NCBI GenBank assembly: GCA_934632155.1 | Contig: CAKTXZ010000013.1 | Location: 3,158 to 67,157, forward strand | Direction: 5' to 3' | Length of the DNA: 64,000 nt | From: an uncultured Clostridia bacterium | GTDB lineage: Bacteria; Bacillota; Clostridia; Christensenellales; Aristaeellaceae | Shown here: positions 53,073 to 62,708 of the stretch, piece after piece | How positions within the stretch are numbered: the stretch's first letter is position 1 | Layout of the letters: each line of letters starts with the position of its first letter | Notes under the pieces: model-generated | What the model saw: the letters and a program-made list of their open reading frames with translations, nothing else | Told to the model about the DNA's origin: nothing | The model's database searches: none | Translations under genes and position numbers: made by a program

Positions 53073-53947
53073 CCCTTGGTGCCTCCCCGGGACACGCCCG
53101 CCATGATCTTTTTCCGGAAAATGAGAAACAGCACGATCAGCGGGGCGGAAATGACCACCACTGCCGCCATCATGGCGGGAATATTCTCGCGTCCAAAGCC
53201 GTTTTCACGAATCTCCTGAATGCCGTTGGAAACAAGGAAATACGCCTCGTTATCGGTAATCAGGCGCGGCCAGACGTAGGAATTCCAGCATTCGATCACC
53301 TTGAGAATGATGATGGTGACGATTGTGGGCTTGCTGATGGGCATCATCACGCGGGTGAGGTATTTGAAATCCGACGTGCCGTCCACCTGCGCGGCGCGGT
53401 ACAATTCATCCGGAATCTGCTCAAAATTTTCCTTGAGCAGGTAAATATAGAACACCGACGTGACCGAGGGCAAAATCAAGCCCGTAAAGGTGTTGCGAAG
53501 CCCCCAATTGGTGATGGTGACGAAATTGGTAATAACCACCAGCTCGCTGGGAATCATCATCAGCGAAAGGAAGAAGGTAAAGGCAAGCCTTTTCCCCCTG
53601 AATTCCAGCCGCGCAAAGGCAAAGGCGGCAGGAATAATCACGAGCATCATCAGCCCCGTGGTGGCGACGGTGAAGATCACGGTATTGGCGAAGTAGCGCG
53701 CCAGCGGCACGGCGGTAAACGCATCCGCATAGTTCTGCAGCGTGGGCGAAAGCGTAAAAAACTGCGGAATATATTCGGCGTTGTAAGCGCCGTAGCTCTT
53801 GAGCGAGGAAAGCAGCATCCAGTAAAAGGGAAAAAGCACCATCAAGCCCCACAGCGTCAGCAGCAGGTAATCCGCCGCCTGAAAGGCGCGGCGGCGCGCG
53901 GCGGCACGGCGCTCGATGCGGTCAAAATCCATTTTTCGTTCGGTCAT
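53069..53947 (-). CDS. carbohydrate ABC transporter permease
   Basis: Start set at ATG 53947 (GGGGTGA upstream): MTERKMDFDRIERR... The EAA-like loop is LYRAAQVDGTSDFKYLTRVMMP. Confidence 0.8.
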   Translation of the reverse strand: MTERKMDFDRIERRAAARRRAFQAADYLLLTLWGLMVLFPFYWMLLSSLKSYGAYNAEYIPQFFTLSPTLQNYADAFTAVPLARYFANTVIFTVATTGLMMLVIIPAAFAFARLEFRGKRLAFTFFLSLMMIPSELVVITNFVTITNWGLRNTFTGLILPSVTSVFYIYLLKENFEQIPDELYRAAQVDGTSDFKYLTRVMMPISKPTIVTIIILKVIECWNSYVWPRLITDNEAYFLVSNGIQEIRENGFGRENIPAMMAAVVVISAPLIVLFLIFRKKIMAGVSRGGTKG

Positions 53948-53960
53948 ACGCTTCACCCCG

Positions 53961-54851
53961 TCAGGTATGCGCGCGCTTGCCGCTGACAAGCAGGTTGGCG
54001 CACGTAATGGTCAGCACGATGGCAAAGAGAATCAGCGCCGCCGCCGACGCAAAGGAAGGATAGCCGCCGCTGTTGCCGTAGAGCATATCGTATACATACC
54101 CCACGATCGTGTTCATGCCCGCGGCGTTCAGGTTGGTGCCAAAGAGCGCGATGGCGTCGCTGTAGGCCTTGAACGCGCCGATAAAGCCCGTGATGACCAG
54201 ATAGAAAATCATGGGCGAAATCATGGGCAGCGTGATCTTGCGAAACACGCGGAAGCGCGGCGTGGCGTCCAGCAGCGCGGCGTTGTAGTATTCGCGGTTG
54301 ACCGAGGCCAGCGCGCTGGTGAGAATGAGCACCTTGAAGGGCATGACCACCCAGATCGTGTAAAAGCAAAGCACGAACATCTTCGCCCAGTACGGCCCGT
54401 CGATAAAATCCACCGGCCCTGCGCCGAACCAGCGCAGCATCAGGTTGACCAACCCGTCGGTATACGCCGTTTTCTGAAACAAAATCATAAACACCAGCCC
54501 GACGGCGAGCGTGTTGGTGACATAGGGCAGGAAATACACGGTCTGGTACAGGTTGCGCAACGGCTTGATCGCGTTGAGCCCGAGCGAAAGCAGCAGCGCG
54601 ATGCCGGTGGAGAGCGGCACGGTGATGATAACCAGCAGGAAGGTGTTCTTCACCGCCTGCAGGAAGTACGGGTCGCGCAGCACATAAGCATAATTATACA
54701 GCCCCACGCCGAAATAGCTTTGCGAGGCGGAATTATAGCCCTCCTCCAGCGAATAAATCAGCACGTCGATCAGGGGATACACCATGAACAGCCCCAGAAA
54801 CAGCATGGCGGGCAGCAGATACAGCCATGCTTTCCAATTATTTTTCTTCAT
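53961..54851 (-). CDS. carbohydrate ABC transporter permease
   Basis: Start at ATG 54851 (GGAGGCAGGGGG upstream): MKKNNWKAWLYLLPAMLFLGLFMVYPL. Confidence 0.85.
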   Translation of the reverse strand: MKKNNWKAWLYLLPAMLFLGLFMVYPLIDVLIYSLEEGYNSASQSYFGVGLYNYAYVLRDPYFLQAVKNTFLLVIITVPLSTGIALLLSLGLNAIKPLRNLYQTVYFLPYVTNTLAVGLVFMILFQKTAYTDGLVNLMLRWFGAGPVDFIDGPYWAKMFVLCFYTIWVVMPFKVLILTSALASVNREYYNAALLDATPRFRVFRKITLPMISPMIFYLVITGFIGAFKAYSDAIALFGTNLNAAGMNTIVGYVYDMLYGNSGGYPSFASAAALILFAIVLTITCANLLVSGKRAHT

Positions 54852-55965
54852 GCGCGCCCCCTGCCTCCGTCCGGAAGAAAACGCGCTCCTCCGTGACGGG
54901 GTCGAAAATGAACGTCTTATGCGGCTTGAGCGCAAAGCGCACGGTTTCCTGCGCGGGGTCAACCCTGTTTTCCGCGGCAATAATGGCGCGAATCGCGCCC
55001 TCCGCCGCGCCCGCATGCTCCGCGACCACGCTGGTGTCGCGTCCCATGACCTCCACCGCGCGCAGACGGCAGCAGAGCGGGCCGTCCGGCGTAAGAACGA
55101 AGCCCTCCGGCCGCACGCCGATCTTGACCGCGCCGTCCGCCGCGCCGGGCACGGAAAGCACCGTGTCCCCGCCGATCATCAGCCGGCCGTCCTCCACGCG
55201 CCCGTCGAAGACGTTAATGGGCGGCGTGCCCAGAAACATGGCGACAAACAGATTGACGGGCGCGTCGTAAACCTCCTGCGGCCTGCCGATTTGCTGCACC
55301 ACGCCCTGCTTCATCACCACGATCATATCGGAAATGGACATCGCTTCGTCCTGATCGTGCGTAACGAAAACGGTGGTAACGCCCGTTTCGCGCTGAATGC
55401 GGCGGATTTCCTCGCGCGTTTTCAGGCGAAGCCGCGCGTCCAGATTGGACAGGGGCTCGTCCATCAGCAGCACGCGCGGGCGCTTGACCAGCGCGCGGGC
55501 GATGGCGACGCGCTGCTGCTGGCCGCCGGAAAGCTCGCTGGGCTTGCGCGCCAGCAGCGTATCAATCTGCACCAGTCTTGCGGCCTCCAGCGTTTTTTCC
55601 TGCATCTCCTGACGGCTCATTTTCTGTTTGCCGCGCAGGTTCTGCAGCGGGAACATGATGTTTTCCTCCACCGTCAGGTGCGGATAAAGCGCGTAATTCT
55701 GAAACACCAGCCCTACGCCGCGATGATCGGGCGGCAGGCGGGTCACATCGTCGTCGCCAAAGAAAATCTGCCCCGCAGTGGGCTTTTCCAGGCCACAGAT
55801 TAAATTCAGCGTGGTGCTCTTGCCGCAGCCCGACGGGCCCAGCAGGCCGATGAGCTTGCCGTCGGGAATCTCAAAATTAAAATTGTTCACGGCAATCACG
55901 TCGCCGCCCTGCTTTTTATCGCGGTTGGGAAAGATTTTCGTCAGGTTTTTCAGCACTACCTTCAC
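54838..55965 (-). CDS. sugar ABC transporter ATP-binding protein (MalK/MsmK type)
   Basis: Walker A is GPSGCGKST, signature is LSGGQQQRVAIARAL and Walker B is VLLMDEPLSNLD. I chose the GTG start at 55965 because the track start (56019) lies upstream of the predicted -10 box. Confidence 0.85.
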   Translation of the reverse strand: MKVVLKNLTKIFPNRDKKQGGDVIAVNNFNFEIPDGKLIGLLGPSGCGKSTTLNLICGLEKPTAGQIFFGDDDVTRLPPDHRGVGLVFQNYALYPHLTVEENIMFPLQNLRGKQKMSRQEMQEKTLEAARLVQIDTLLARKPSELSGGQQQRVAIARALVKRPRVLLMDEPLSNLDARLRLKTREEIRRIQRETGVTTVFVTHDQDEAMSISDMIVVMKQGVVQQIGRPQEVYDAPVNLFVAMFLGTPPINVFDGRVEDGRLMIGGDTVLSVPGAADGAVKIGVRPEGFVLTPDGPLCCRLRAVEVMGRDTSVVAEHAGAAEGAIRAIIAAENRVDPAQETVRFALKPHKTFIFDPVTEERVFFRTEAGGAHEEK

Positions 55966-55994
55966 GCGTATCCGGCCCTCTCTCTCTTTGGTTA

Positions 55995-56008
55995 TCAAAG
56001 CGCTTTCA
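55995..56008 (-). promoter_or_regulatory. candidate catabolite-responsive element (cre) at the transcription start of ABC operon 2
   Basis: Minus strand TGAAAGCGCTTTGA matches the cre consensus TGWAANCGNTNWCA at 13 of 14 positions and abuts the -10 box. Confidence 0.45.
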
Positions 56009-56036
56009 TTGTACGGCACAGGGGGGCAAAAGTCAA
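56008..56036 (-). promoter_or_regulatory. sigma-A type promoter of ABC sugar-uptake operon 2
   Basis: Minus strand TTGACT (56036-56031), 17-nt spacer, TACAAT (56013-56008). Confidence 0.6.
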
Positions 56037-56283
56037 CAATGGCGATGGGGGATAATTACGCGCCGCAACGCTTAAAAAATGCGGGTTTTCGGTTTTTTGA
56101 GCGTGCCACAGCGCGCGCCCGGCGCCGCTCAGGCTCCGCCCGGCGCACGAAAAGCGCCCCGTCCGCCCATGCCCGTCGGCGGATCGGAGCGCCCGGCGCT
56201 AAATGCTCGCCGCTGCCGTATCGGTTTTTTCAGGCTACGCGAAAGAGGGCCTGACGCGCGGCCTGTTTTCCCCGTAAGGCGCT

Positions 56284-56760
56284 TCATTTCGCCGGCTGCG
56301 CGGCGAGATAGGGCACGCATTTCGTCAGCCGGAAGCACTTTTTGCACGCGCGCGTCATCAGCTTTTCCGCACAGGCAAGCGGAACCTGACGCGGCGATTT
56401 CATGCGGCTGCAGCTCGCCTTGCAATGGTAGCATTCGCCGCTTTTGAGGGGAATCCAGACGAGACGGCTCGCATCGCTTTCACCCATGAGCGCGCACAGC
56501 GTTTCAGGCGTAAGCTCGCCGGTCACGGCGACGCCCTCCCGGCGCTGGTACGCCTCCACGGCGGCCTTGGTTTTTTCACCGAAGCAATACTCGCCCTGCG
56601 CGTCCTTCTCCACCACGTTAAGCAGCTGCTGAAGCGTCCGTATCTGCTTACCGCTGTCGCCCAACCGGATAAAGCTGTATACCGTGTTTTCCGCCGCGGC
56701 GCAGAGCGAAAATGCCAGCAGCGTCAAAATCGCGCAGAAAACGGAAAGCGCTCGTCTCAT
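56284..56760 (-). CDS. secreted peptidoglycan-binding-domain protein with a Cys-rich C-terminal motif
   Basis: Start at ATG 56760 (AAAGGAGAA upstream). A signal peptide is followed by a PG_binding_1-like segment (GDSGKQIRTLQQLLN...FGEKTKAAVEAYQRREGVAVTGELTPET), then GECYHCKASCSRM...ACKKC. Confidence 0.65.
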   Translation of the reverse strand: MRRALSVFCAILTLLAFSLCAAAENTVYSFIRLGDSGKQIRTLQQLLNVVEKDAQGEYCFGEKTKAAVEAYQRREGVAVTGELTPETLCALMGESDASRLVWIPLKSGECYHCKASCSRMKSPRQVPLACAEKLMTRACKKCFRLTKCVPYLAAQPAK

Positions 56761-56881
56761 CGTCTTTTCTCCTTTGTATTGATACGGCGTTTGCCGCCCG
56801 TATTCGACATGCTCATTGTACAACATGTTCCTGCCGTCGCGCAAGGCCTTTTTTCGCGCGCCGGGGGCAGGCGGGCGCGCC

Positions 56882-56910
56882 TTGCATTTTTCGTGCGCAT
56901 CCGGTATAAT
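56882..56910 (+). promoter_or_regulatory. tex promoter
   Basis: TTGCAT (56882-56887), 17-nt spacer, TATAAT (56905-56910), 28 nt before the ATG. Confidence 0.6.
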
Positions 56911-56938
56911 ACTCCCTGCAAATTCAGGAGGTTGAACG

Positions 56939-59086
56939 ATGGATTTTGTTTCAATACTGGCCAAGGAATTTTCCCTTCGCCCCGAGCAGGTGCAATCGGT
57001 AATCGCCCTGCTGGACGCGGGCAATACCATCCCCTTTATCGCCCGCTACCGCAAGGAAGCGACGGGCTCGCTGGATGATCAGGTGCTGCGCGAGGTGGCC
57101 GAGCGGCTGGAATACCTGCGCGGGCTGGAAAAAAGAAAGCAGGAAATTGAAAAATCCCTGACGGAGCAGGGCGTGCTGTCGCAGGAGCTGGCGCAAAAGC
57201 TGGCCGCCGCGCAGACGCTTTCCGAGCTGGAGGATCTCTACCGCCCCTTCCGCCCCAAGCGCCGCACGCGCGCCACCGTCGCCAGGGAGCGCGGGCTGGA
57301 GCCGTTGGCGCTTTGGCTGCTTTTGCAGCTGCCGCGGGGCGACGCGGCGGCGGAGGCCGCGAAATACGTCCGCCCCGATCAGGATGTGCCCGACGCGGAG
57401 GCCGCGCTGAGCGGCGCGCGGGATATCATCGCCGAATCGGTCAGCGACGACGCGGCGCTGCGCAAGGATCTGCGCGCGCTGCTGCTGCGCGAGGGCGTGC
57501 TTGAATCCACTGCGGCCAAGGACGAGGACAGCGTCTACCGCATGTATTACGATTACCGGGAGCCCGTTTCCCGCGTCGCGGCGCATCGCGTGCTGGCCCT
57601 CAACCGCGGCGAACGCGAGGCTTTCCTCAAGGTCACGCTGCGCGCGCCGGACGAAACCGCCCTGCGCGTTATCGACAACGCGTTCGTGCGCCCGGGCTGC
57701 GAAGCCGCGCGTCAGGTGGCGCTGGCGTGCGAGGACGCGTGGACGCGGCTGCTCTTCCCGTCGCTGGAGCGCGAAATTCGAAACGAGCTGACCGACCGCG
57801 CCAACACGCAGGCCATCCGCGTTTTTTCGCAGAACCTGCATCAATTGCTGATGCAGCCGCCCGTCAAGGGCAAGGTAACGCTGGGCGTCGACCCGGGCTT
57901 CCGTACCGGCTGCAAGCTGGCGGTTGTGGACGAAAACGGCAAGGTGCTGGAAACCGGCGTGGGGCATTTCACCCTGCCCGGGCAGGAATTTCAAAAGCAG
58001 CAGTCCGCCAGGCTGATTCACCGCATGGTGCGCGAGCATCACGTCACGGCCATCGCCATCGGCAACGGCACGGCCAGCCGCGAAAGCGAGCAATTCATCG
58101 CCTCGCTTCTGCCGGAAATGCCCGGCGTCGCGTATGTGATCGTCAGCGAGGCGGGCGCGTCGGTTTATTCCGCCAGCAAGCTGGCCGCGCAGGAGTTTCC
58201 CGAATACGACGTATCGCTGCGCAGCGCGGTTTCCATCGCCCGGCGCATGCAGGATCCGCTGGCCGAATTGGTCAAGATCGACCCCAAGGCCATCGGCGTG
58301 GGGCAGTATCAGCACGACCTGAAGCAAAACGAGCTGACCGAAGCGCTCGACGGCGTGGTAGAGCAGTGCGTTAACGCCGTGGGCGTGGAGGTTTCCACCG
58401 CGTCGGCGGAGCTGCTTTCCCACGTGGCGGGCATCGGCCCCGCGCTGGCGAAAAGCATCGTGGCCTATCGCGAGGAAAACGGCATTCCCTCCCGCGCCGC
58501 GCTGAAAAAGGTGCCCAAGCTCGGCCCGCGCGCCTTTGAGCAGTGCGCCGGCTTCCTGCGCGTGATGGACAGTAAAAACCCGCTGGACGCCACCGGCGTG
58601 CACCCCGAAAGCTACGACGCGGCCAAGGCGCTCATGGAACGGCTGGGCTACGACCTGAAAGCCCTCCGCCGCGGCGGCGTGCCGGACGTGAGCGACAAGG
58701 CGGCGGCATACGGGCTGGATCATCTGGCGCGCGAAATAGACGTCGGCCTGCCGACGCTGCGGGATATCCTCTCCGAGCTGCAAAAGCCCGGCCGCGACCC
58801 GCGCGAGGATCTGCCCGCGCCCGTGCTGCGCACCGACGTGCTGGATATTCAGGATCTAAAGCCCGGCATGGAGCTGACGGGCACGGTGCGCAACGTGATC
58901 GATTTCGGCGCGTTCGTCGATATCGGCGTGCATCAGGACGGGCTGGTGCATATCTCCCGCATGGCCAACCGTTTCATTCGCCACCCCTCCGAGGCGGTCA
59001 AGGTCGGCGACGTGGTCAAAGTATGGGTCGTCGAGGTCGACGCAAAGAAAAAGCGCATCGCCCTGACGATGCTGAAGCCGCAATAA
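56939..59086 (+). CDS. tex: Tex-like transcription accessory protein (YqgF/HHH/S1 domains)
   Basis: MDFVSILAKEFSLRPEQVQSVIALLDAGNTIPFIARYRKEATG... The C-terminal S1 domain is GMELTGTVRNVIDFGAFVDIGVHQDGLVHIS. Confidence 0.93.
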   Translation: MDFVSILAKEFSLRPEQVQSVIALLDAGNTIPFIARYRKEATGSLDDQVLREVAERLEYLRGLEKRKQEIEKSLTEQGVLSQELAQKLAAAQTLSELEDLYRPFRPKRRTRATVARERGLEPLALWLLLQLPRGDAAAEAAKYVRPDQDVPDAEAALSGARDIIAESVSDDAALRKDLRALLLREGVLESTAAKDEDSVYRMYYDYREPVSRVAAHRVLALNRGEREAFLKVTLRAPDETALRVIDNAFVRPGCEAARQVALACEDAWTRLLFPSLEREIRNELTDRANTQAIRVFSQNLHQLLMQPPVKGKVTLGVDPGFRTGCKLAVVDENGKVLETGVGHFTLPGQEFQKQQSARLIHRMVREHHVTAIAIGNGTASRESEQFIASLLPEMPGVAYVIVSEAGASVYSASKLAAQEFPEYDVSLRSAVSIARRMQDPLAELVKIDPKAIGVGQYQHDLKQNELTEALDGVVEQCVNAVGVEVSTASAELLSHVAGIGPALAKSIVAYREENGIPSRAALKKVPKLGPRAFEQCAGFLRVMDSKNPLDATGVHPESYDAAKALMERLGYDLKALRRGGVPDVSDKAAAYGLDHLAREIDVGLPTLRDILSELQKPGRDPREDLPAPVLRTDVLDIQDLKPGMELTGTVRNVIDFGAFVDIGVHQDGLVHISRMANRFIRHPSEAVKVGDVVKVWVVEVDAKKKRIALTMLKPQ

Positions 59087-59153
59087 CCGCTTCAAAAGAA
59101 AAAGCGTCCTTGCGGGCAAAGCCGCATGCGGAACGCGGAAAAGAGGGTACGGC

Positions 59154-59870
59154 ATGCTGTGGATTGCCGCGACGCTGGCGGCGTATTATGTCAAGGGGCT
59201 GTGCGGCTTCGCCAACACGCTGGTGTTTACCACCATGCTGAGCTACGGCGTAAGCAACGCGGGCATTTCCCCTGTCGAGCTGCTGCTGAGCTATCCCGCC
59301 AATCTGGCGATGACATGGAAAAACCGAAAATTCCTGCTTCCCCGGGTGTATATCCCCCTGTCTCTGCTGGTGCTTGCAGGAAGCGTCCCGGGCGCGCTGC
59401 TGCTCAAGAATGTGGACGCGGGGATGGTGAAGATTATTTTCGGCGCGGCGGTGGTGTTCATCGGGCTGGAGATGCTGCTGGACGAATACCGCAAGGGGGC
59501 CAAGCGCCGCCTGCCGCCGGTGCTGCTGGGCGTAATCGGCATAGCGGCGGGGCTGCTGTGCGGCCTTTTCGGCGTGGGCGCGCTGCTGGCGGCGTATGTC
59601 AGCCGCACAACGGATACGAACGACGCGTTCAAGGCAAATATTAACATTGTCTTCAGCGTGGAGGGCACCTTTCGCATGGCGATGTACCTTGCGCTGGGGC
59701 TATTTGATCTGGCCGCGCTGCGGCAAGCGGCGCTGCTGCTGCCCTTTGCGGCGCTGGGGCTGCTGCTGGGGGTCAAAAGCGCCCGCAGGCTGAACGAGCG
59801 GCTGGTCAAGCGGCTGGTCATCGTGCTGCTGATCCTTTCCGGCGCGTCGCTGATTCTCAAAAGCCTGTAA
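59154..59870 (+). CDS. TauE/SafE-family anion exporter membrane protein
   Basis: 238 aa, ~7 TM helices: MLWIAATLAAYYVKGLCGFANTLVF... Confidence 0.65.
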   Translation: MLWIAATLAAYYVKGLCGFANTLVFTTMLSYGVSNAGISPVELLLSYPANLAMTWKNRKFLLPRVYIPLSLLVLAGSVPGALLLKNVDAGMVKIIFGAAVVFIGLEMLLDEYRKGAKRRLPPVLLGVIGIAAGLLCGLFGVGALLAAYVSRTTDTNDAFKANINIVFSVEGTFRMAMYLALGLFDLAALRQAALLLPFAALGLLLGVKSARRLNERLVKRLVIVLLILSGASLILKSL

Positions 59871-60325
59871 GCGCGGCCGCAGCCCTTTTCGGCCATAAAA
59901 AGCGATAGATCAAGCGCGCCTGCCGCAGAGCTCTCCCTCCGCTGCAGGCGCGCTGCAGTTGAGAAAAACGCCCGCTTTCGACCCGTTCAGTTAACGCCGT
60001 TTCGCCCCGTTTTTCCGGCAACCTTTTTTCCGCATCAAACTGTCCAAAATGAAACGGAATCAAGGAACATCCGTGGTTTCACGCGGTTTAGGGGCGATCC
60101 TTTCTTTGGATGTAAAGGGCGCTTCTCCCGCGCCCCTCCAAGCAGGCCGCATGCATTTTACAGCAGCAGGCGGTCTGCTTGCCGCAGTGCCAGCTTCTAC
60201 GTTGCAAAGATGCGCTTTTTCACGGCTCCTGCATCCCGCTGATTTGTTCGCCGCCTTTTTGACAGGCTGCGGCCGCCGCGGAAGGGCGCGGACTTCCCCT
60301 GCCCCTTGTCAAGCGCGCCGCCGTG

Positions 60326-61690
60326 TCAGTTGACGGTAGGCGAATGCGAGATGCTGTAGTCCTGATTCACTTGGAAGGAAAAGGACGCCTGGGCATTGCT
60401 CACCGCGAAGGGCATATTCCCCGACCATTTGCCGGGCGTTGAATCGGCGGTAACGGTGATCTTCGCGCCGGCGATGACTTTTCCCGAGCGCGCGCCGTTA
60501 TAGCCGCTGCCCGAGAAGGTGCAGCCGCTGCAGGATACCGTGTAAAACTTGAGGGGCGGCATCTGGGAAGGGGCGACGGTGGGCGCGGCGGTGGACGCGG
60601 CGGCGCCCGATACGGCCTCGTATGTCATGCAGGCGGCGATTTGCTCCGCCTTGAAATATTCCGTCGCCGGCCCAAAATAGAATCTGACGTCGTTGAATTT
60701 CCAGTGACTCAGCTTCTTTCCCTTCGGGATACTGGCCGTAACGCGCAGCGTAACGCTGCCGCCCTCCTCCTGACGGTTGGAGGCGCGGTTTTTGTAGTCG
60801 TTCGTAAAATCGAACTCGTTGAAATATCCGCCCGCGCCGCTGGTCAAAGATGCGCTTTTCAGGAAGCACATCTTGGCGTTGATGGACTTGACCAGCAGCG
60901 GCTCGCCCGTTCTGCGCTGCCGCACGGTCTCGGCGTCCGGCTTGGTAACGCTCCCCTTGCCGTCCATGACGCATTCGATGATCATATCCTGCCTGAGGCC
61001 GCGCACGGTGAAGCTTTTTACGCGGTTATTAAAATGATAGGCGACGCCGTCGATGACCCAGTAATCGATGCGCTTGCCCGCGGCAGAATCGTACGCCACG
61101 CGGAAATCCACGCTGCCCTGACGCGAAAAGGTCAGCCGGTCGGTTTTCGCACCCACCTCCCTCGTGCCGTCGAGCAATTGCAGCGTCGCGCCGACTGCGC
61201 GTAAGACGAATTCGCCGTCGGGCGCGTTCTCGGCGTTCGGCGCGGGCGCCGGGGTTGTGATGGCGCCCGGATTCGTCAGGCGCAGGTGCTCCTCGCTCAG
61301 GCGGCGCAGCGTCTCGGGAAAGGCGACGCCCGTCTCCGAAAGCCCGGCCGCCTTCTGAAATCTGGCGACGGCCGCTTTGGTCTTCACGCCGAAAACGCCG
61401 TCCGCCTTGTCCTTCAGGTAGCCCAGCGCGATCAGCCTGCGCTGCATCTCCCGCACGTCCGCCTTCCGATCCCTGACGCTTTGATACAGCGCGCCCTCGG
61501 GATAGTATTCCTTCGTTTCGGTTTTTCCGCATTTGCTGCATACGCGCCGACGTACACCCATGGCGTTGTCGGTCGCCTCCTGCGCGATCTCCCATCCGCT
61601 CCATTGATGCTTGCAGGCGGCCTGCGCGGGCAGGACGGCGGAAAACAAAACCACGGCCAGCAGTAAAACGATGATGCGTTTTCCTCTCAT
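60326..61690 (-). CDS. secreted protein: Cys-rich N-terminal motif + peptidoglycan-binding domain + ~300-aa beta-rich region
   Basis: Start at ATG 61690 (GAGAGGAGGA upstream). Signal peptide is MRGKRIIVLLLAVVLFSAVLPAQA. Then CKHQW...CSKCGK, then a PG_binding_1-like segment, DVREMQRRLIALGYL...GVFGVKTKAAVARFQKAAGL. Confidence 0.65.
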   Translation of the reverse strand: MRGKRIIVLLLAVVLFSAVLPAQAACKHQWSGWEIAQEATDNAMGVRRRVCSKCGKTETKEYYPEGALYQSVRDRKADVREMQRRLIALGYLKDKADGVFGVKTKAAVARFQKAAGLSETGVAFPETLRRLSEEHLRLTNPGAITTPAPAPNAENAPDGEFVLRAVGATLQLLDGTREVGAKTDRLTFSRQGSVDFRVAYDSAAGKRIDYWVIDGVAYHFNNRVKSFTVRGLRQDMIIECVMDGKGSVTKPDAETVRQRRTGEPLLVKSINAKMCFLKSASLTSGAGGYFNEFDFTNDYKNRASNRQEEGGSVTLRVTASIPKGKKLSHWKFNDVRFYFGPATEYFKAEQIAACMTYEAVSGAAASTAAPTVAPSQMPPLKFYTVSCSGCTFSGSGYNGARSGKVIAGAKITVTADSTPGKWSGNMPFAVSNAQASFSFQVNQDYSISHSPTVN

Positions 61691-61814
61691 GGGGCGATCC
61701 TCCTCTCGGTTCAGTCGGTCAGAGCGGTTGACGCGGCGCCGGATATTTAGCGGCGCGGCCATGCCTTGTCGCATCTGTGGAGCGGCGCGGGAAGGCCGTC
61801 CCGCATCCATAGGG

Positions 61815-62708
61815 CTAATACCACGTCTGGCAGAATTCGTTGACATACCAGTTGTTTTTATGCGGCGTATACTGGAAGACGTCCGGCTCGGTGCGCTCGT
61901 TTTCAGGGGCGGCGGACATATTCCTGTCCGCCCTGGCGTTGCTGTCGTACAGATAGCAATAGCGCTTGATACGGCTGGACATATTTCCCTCCACGGTGAA
62001 AACCTGATACACGCCGTCGCCGCGGTCGACAACGTCGGTCACCAGCCCGACATGCACAAAGGCGTAATAATCCCGCTGGCCGTAAATCACCAGATAGCCC
62101 GGACGCGGGATATTCGTCACGCGTTCCATATTGGTAAAGGCGGTATCCAGCTTGGGCACGGCGGCCTCGCGAACGCCGTAGGGCACGCCGCCCGCATGGG
62201 GCTTGACCTTGCGGAAGGTATCCGTCGGCTCCAGCGGCACGCCCGCCGTATCCAGACAATAGCCCACAAACGCGCCGCACCAGCCGCAGGCATAGCCCCA
62301 CCATTTGGTGTACTTATTGTGCTTAGGCTCCTTGGAGAAGGTTTTGCCCTTATTTTCCTCCCATTCGCGCAAGCCGATGCGGATTGCCTCCCGAATGACG
62401 GCGGGCACGTCGTCCGCCTGCGAAGCCTCTTCGGGCGCGTCCTGCGATACCTCTACCGCAAGCTGCCATTCCGCGCCCTGCGCGGAAACCAGCGTGAGCG
62501 TGGCGAAGCCCTCCGCCACGGCGACGATGGTATTCTCCCGGCCATAGGCGACGCTTTCATCGTCGCTTTCCCAATAGCCCTCGTAGGGCAGCGTCAGCGT
62601 GCGGCTTGCGCCCGGACGCAGCAGCACCGTATCCGGCAGCCCCTCCGCCGCGCACGCCAGCGGAAGCAAAAGCGCCAGCACAGCCAGCGCGCTTATCAGC
62701 CGCTTCAT
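61815..62708 (-). CDS. secreted CHAP-domain peptidoglycan amidase/endopeptidase
   Basis: A signal peptide and an N-terminal Ig-like segment are followed by the CHAP catalytic Cys context (WWGYACGWCGAFVGYC) and His context (YYAFVHVGLV). Confidence 0.7.
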   Translation of the reverse strand: MKRLISALAVLALLLPLACAAEGLPDTVLLRPGASRTLTLPYEGYWESDDESVAYGRENTIVAVAEGFATLTLVSAQGAEWQLAVEVSQDAPEEASQADDVPAVIREAIRIGLREWEENKGKTFSKEPKHNKYTKWWGYACGWCGAFVGYCLDTAGVPLEPTDTFRKVKPHAGGVPYGVREAAVPKLDTAFTNMERVTNIPRPGYLVIYGQRDYYAFVHVGLVTDVVDRGDGVYQVFTVEGNMSSRIKRYCYLYDSNARADRNMSAAPENERTEPDVFQYTPHKNNWYVNEFCQTWY

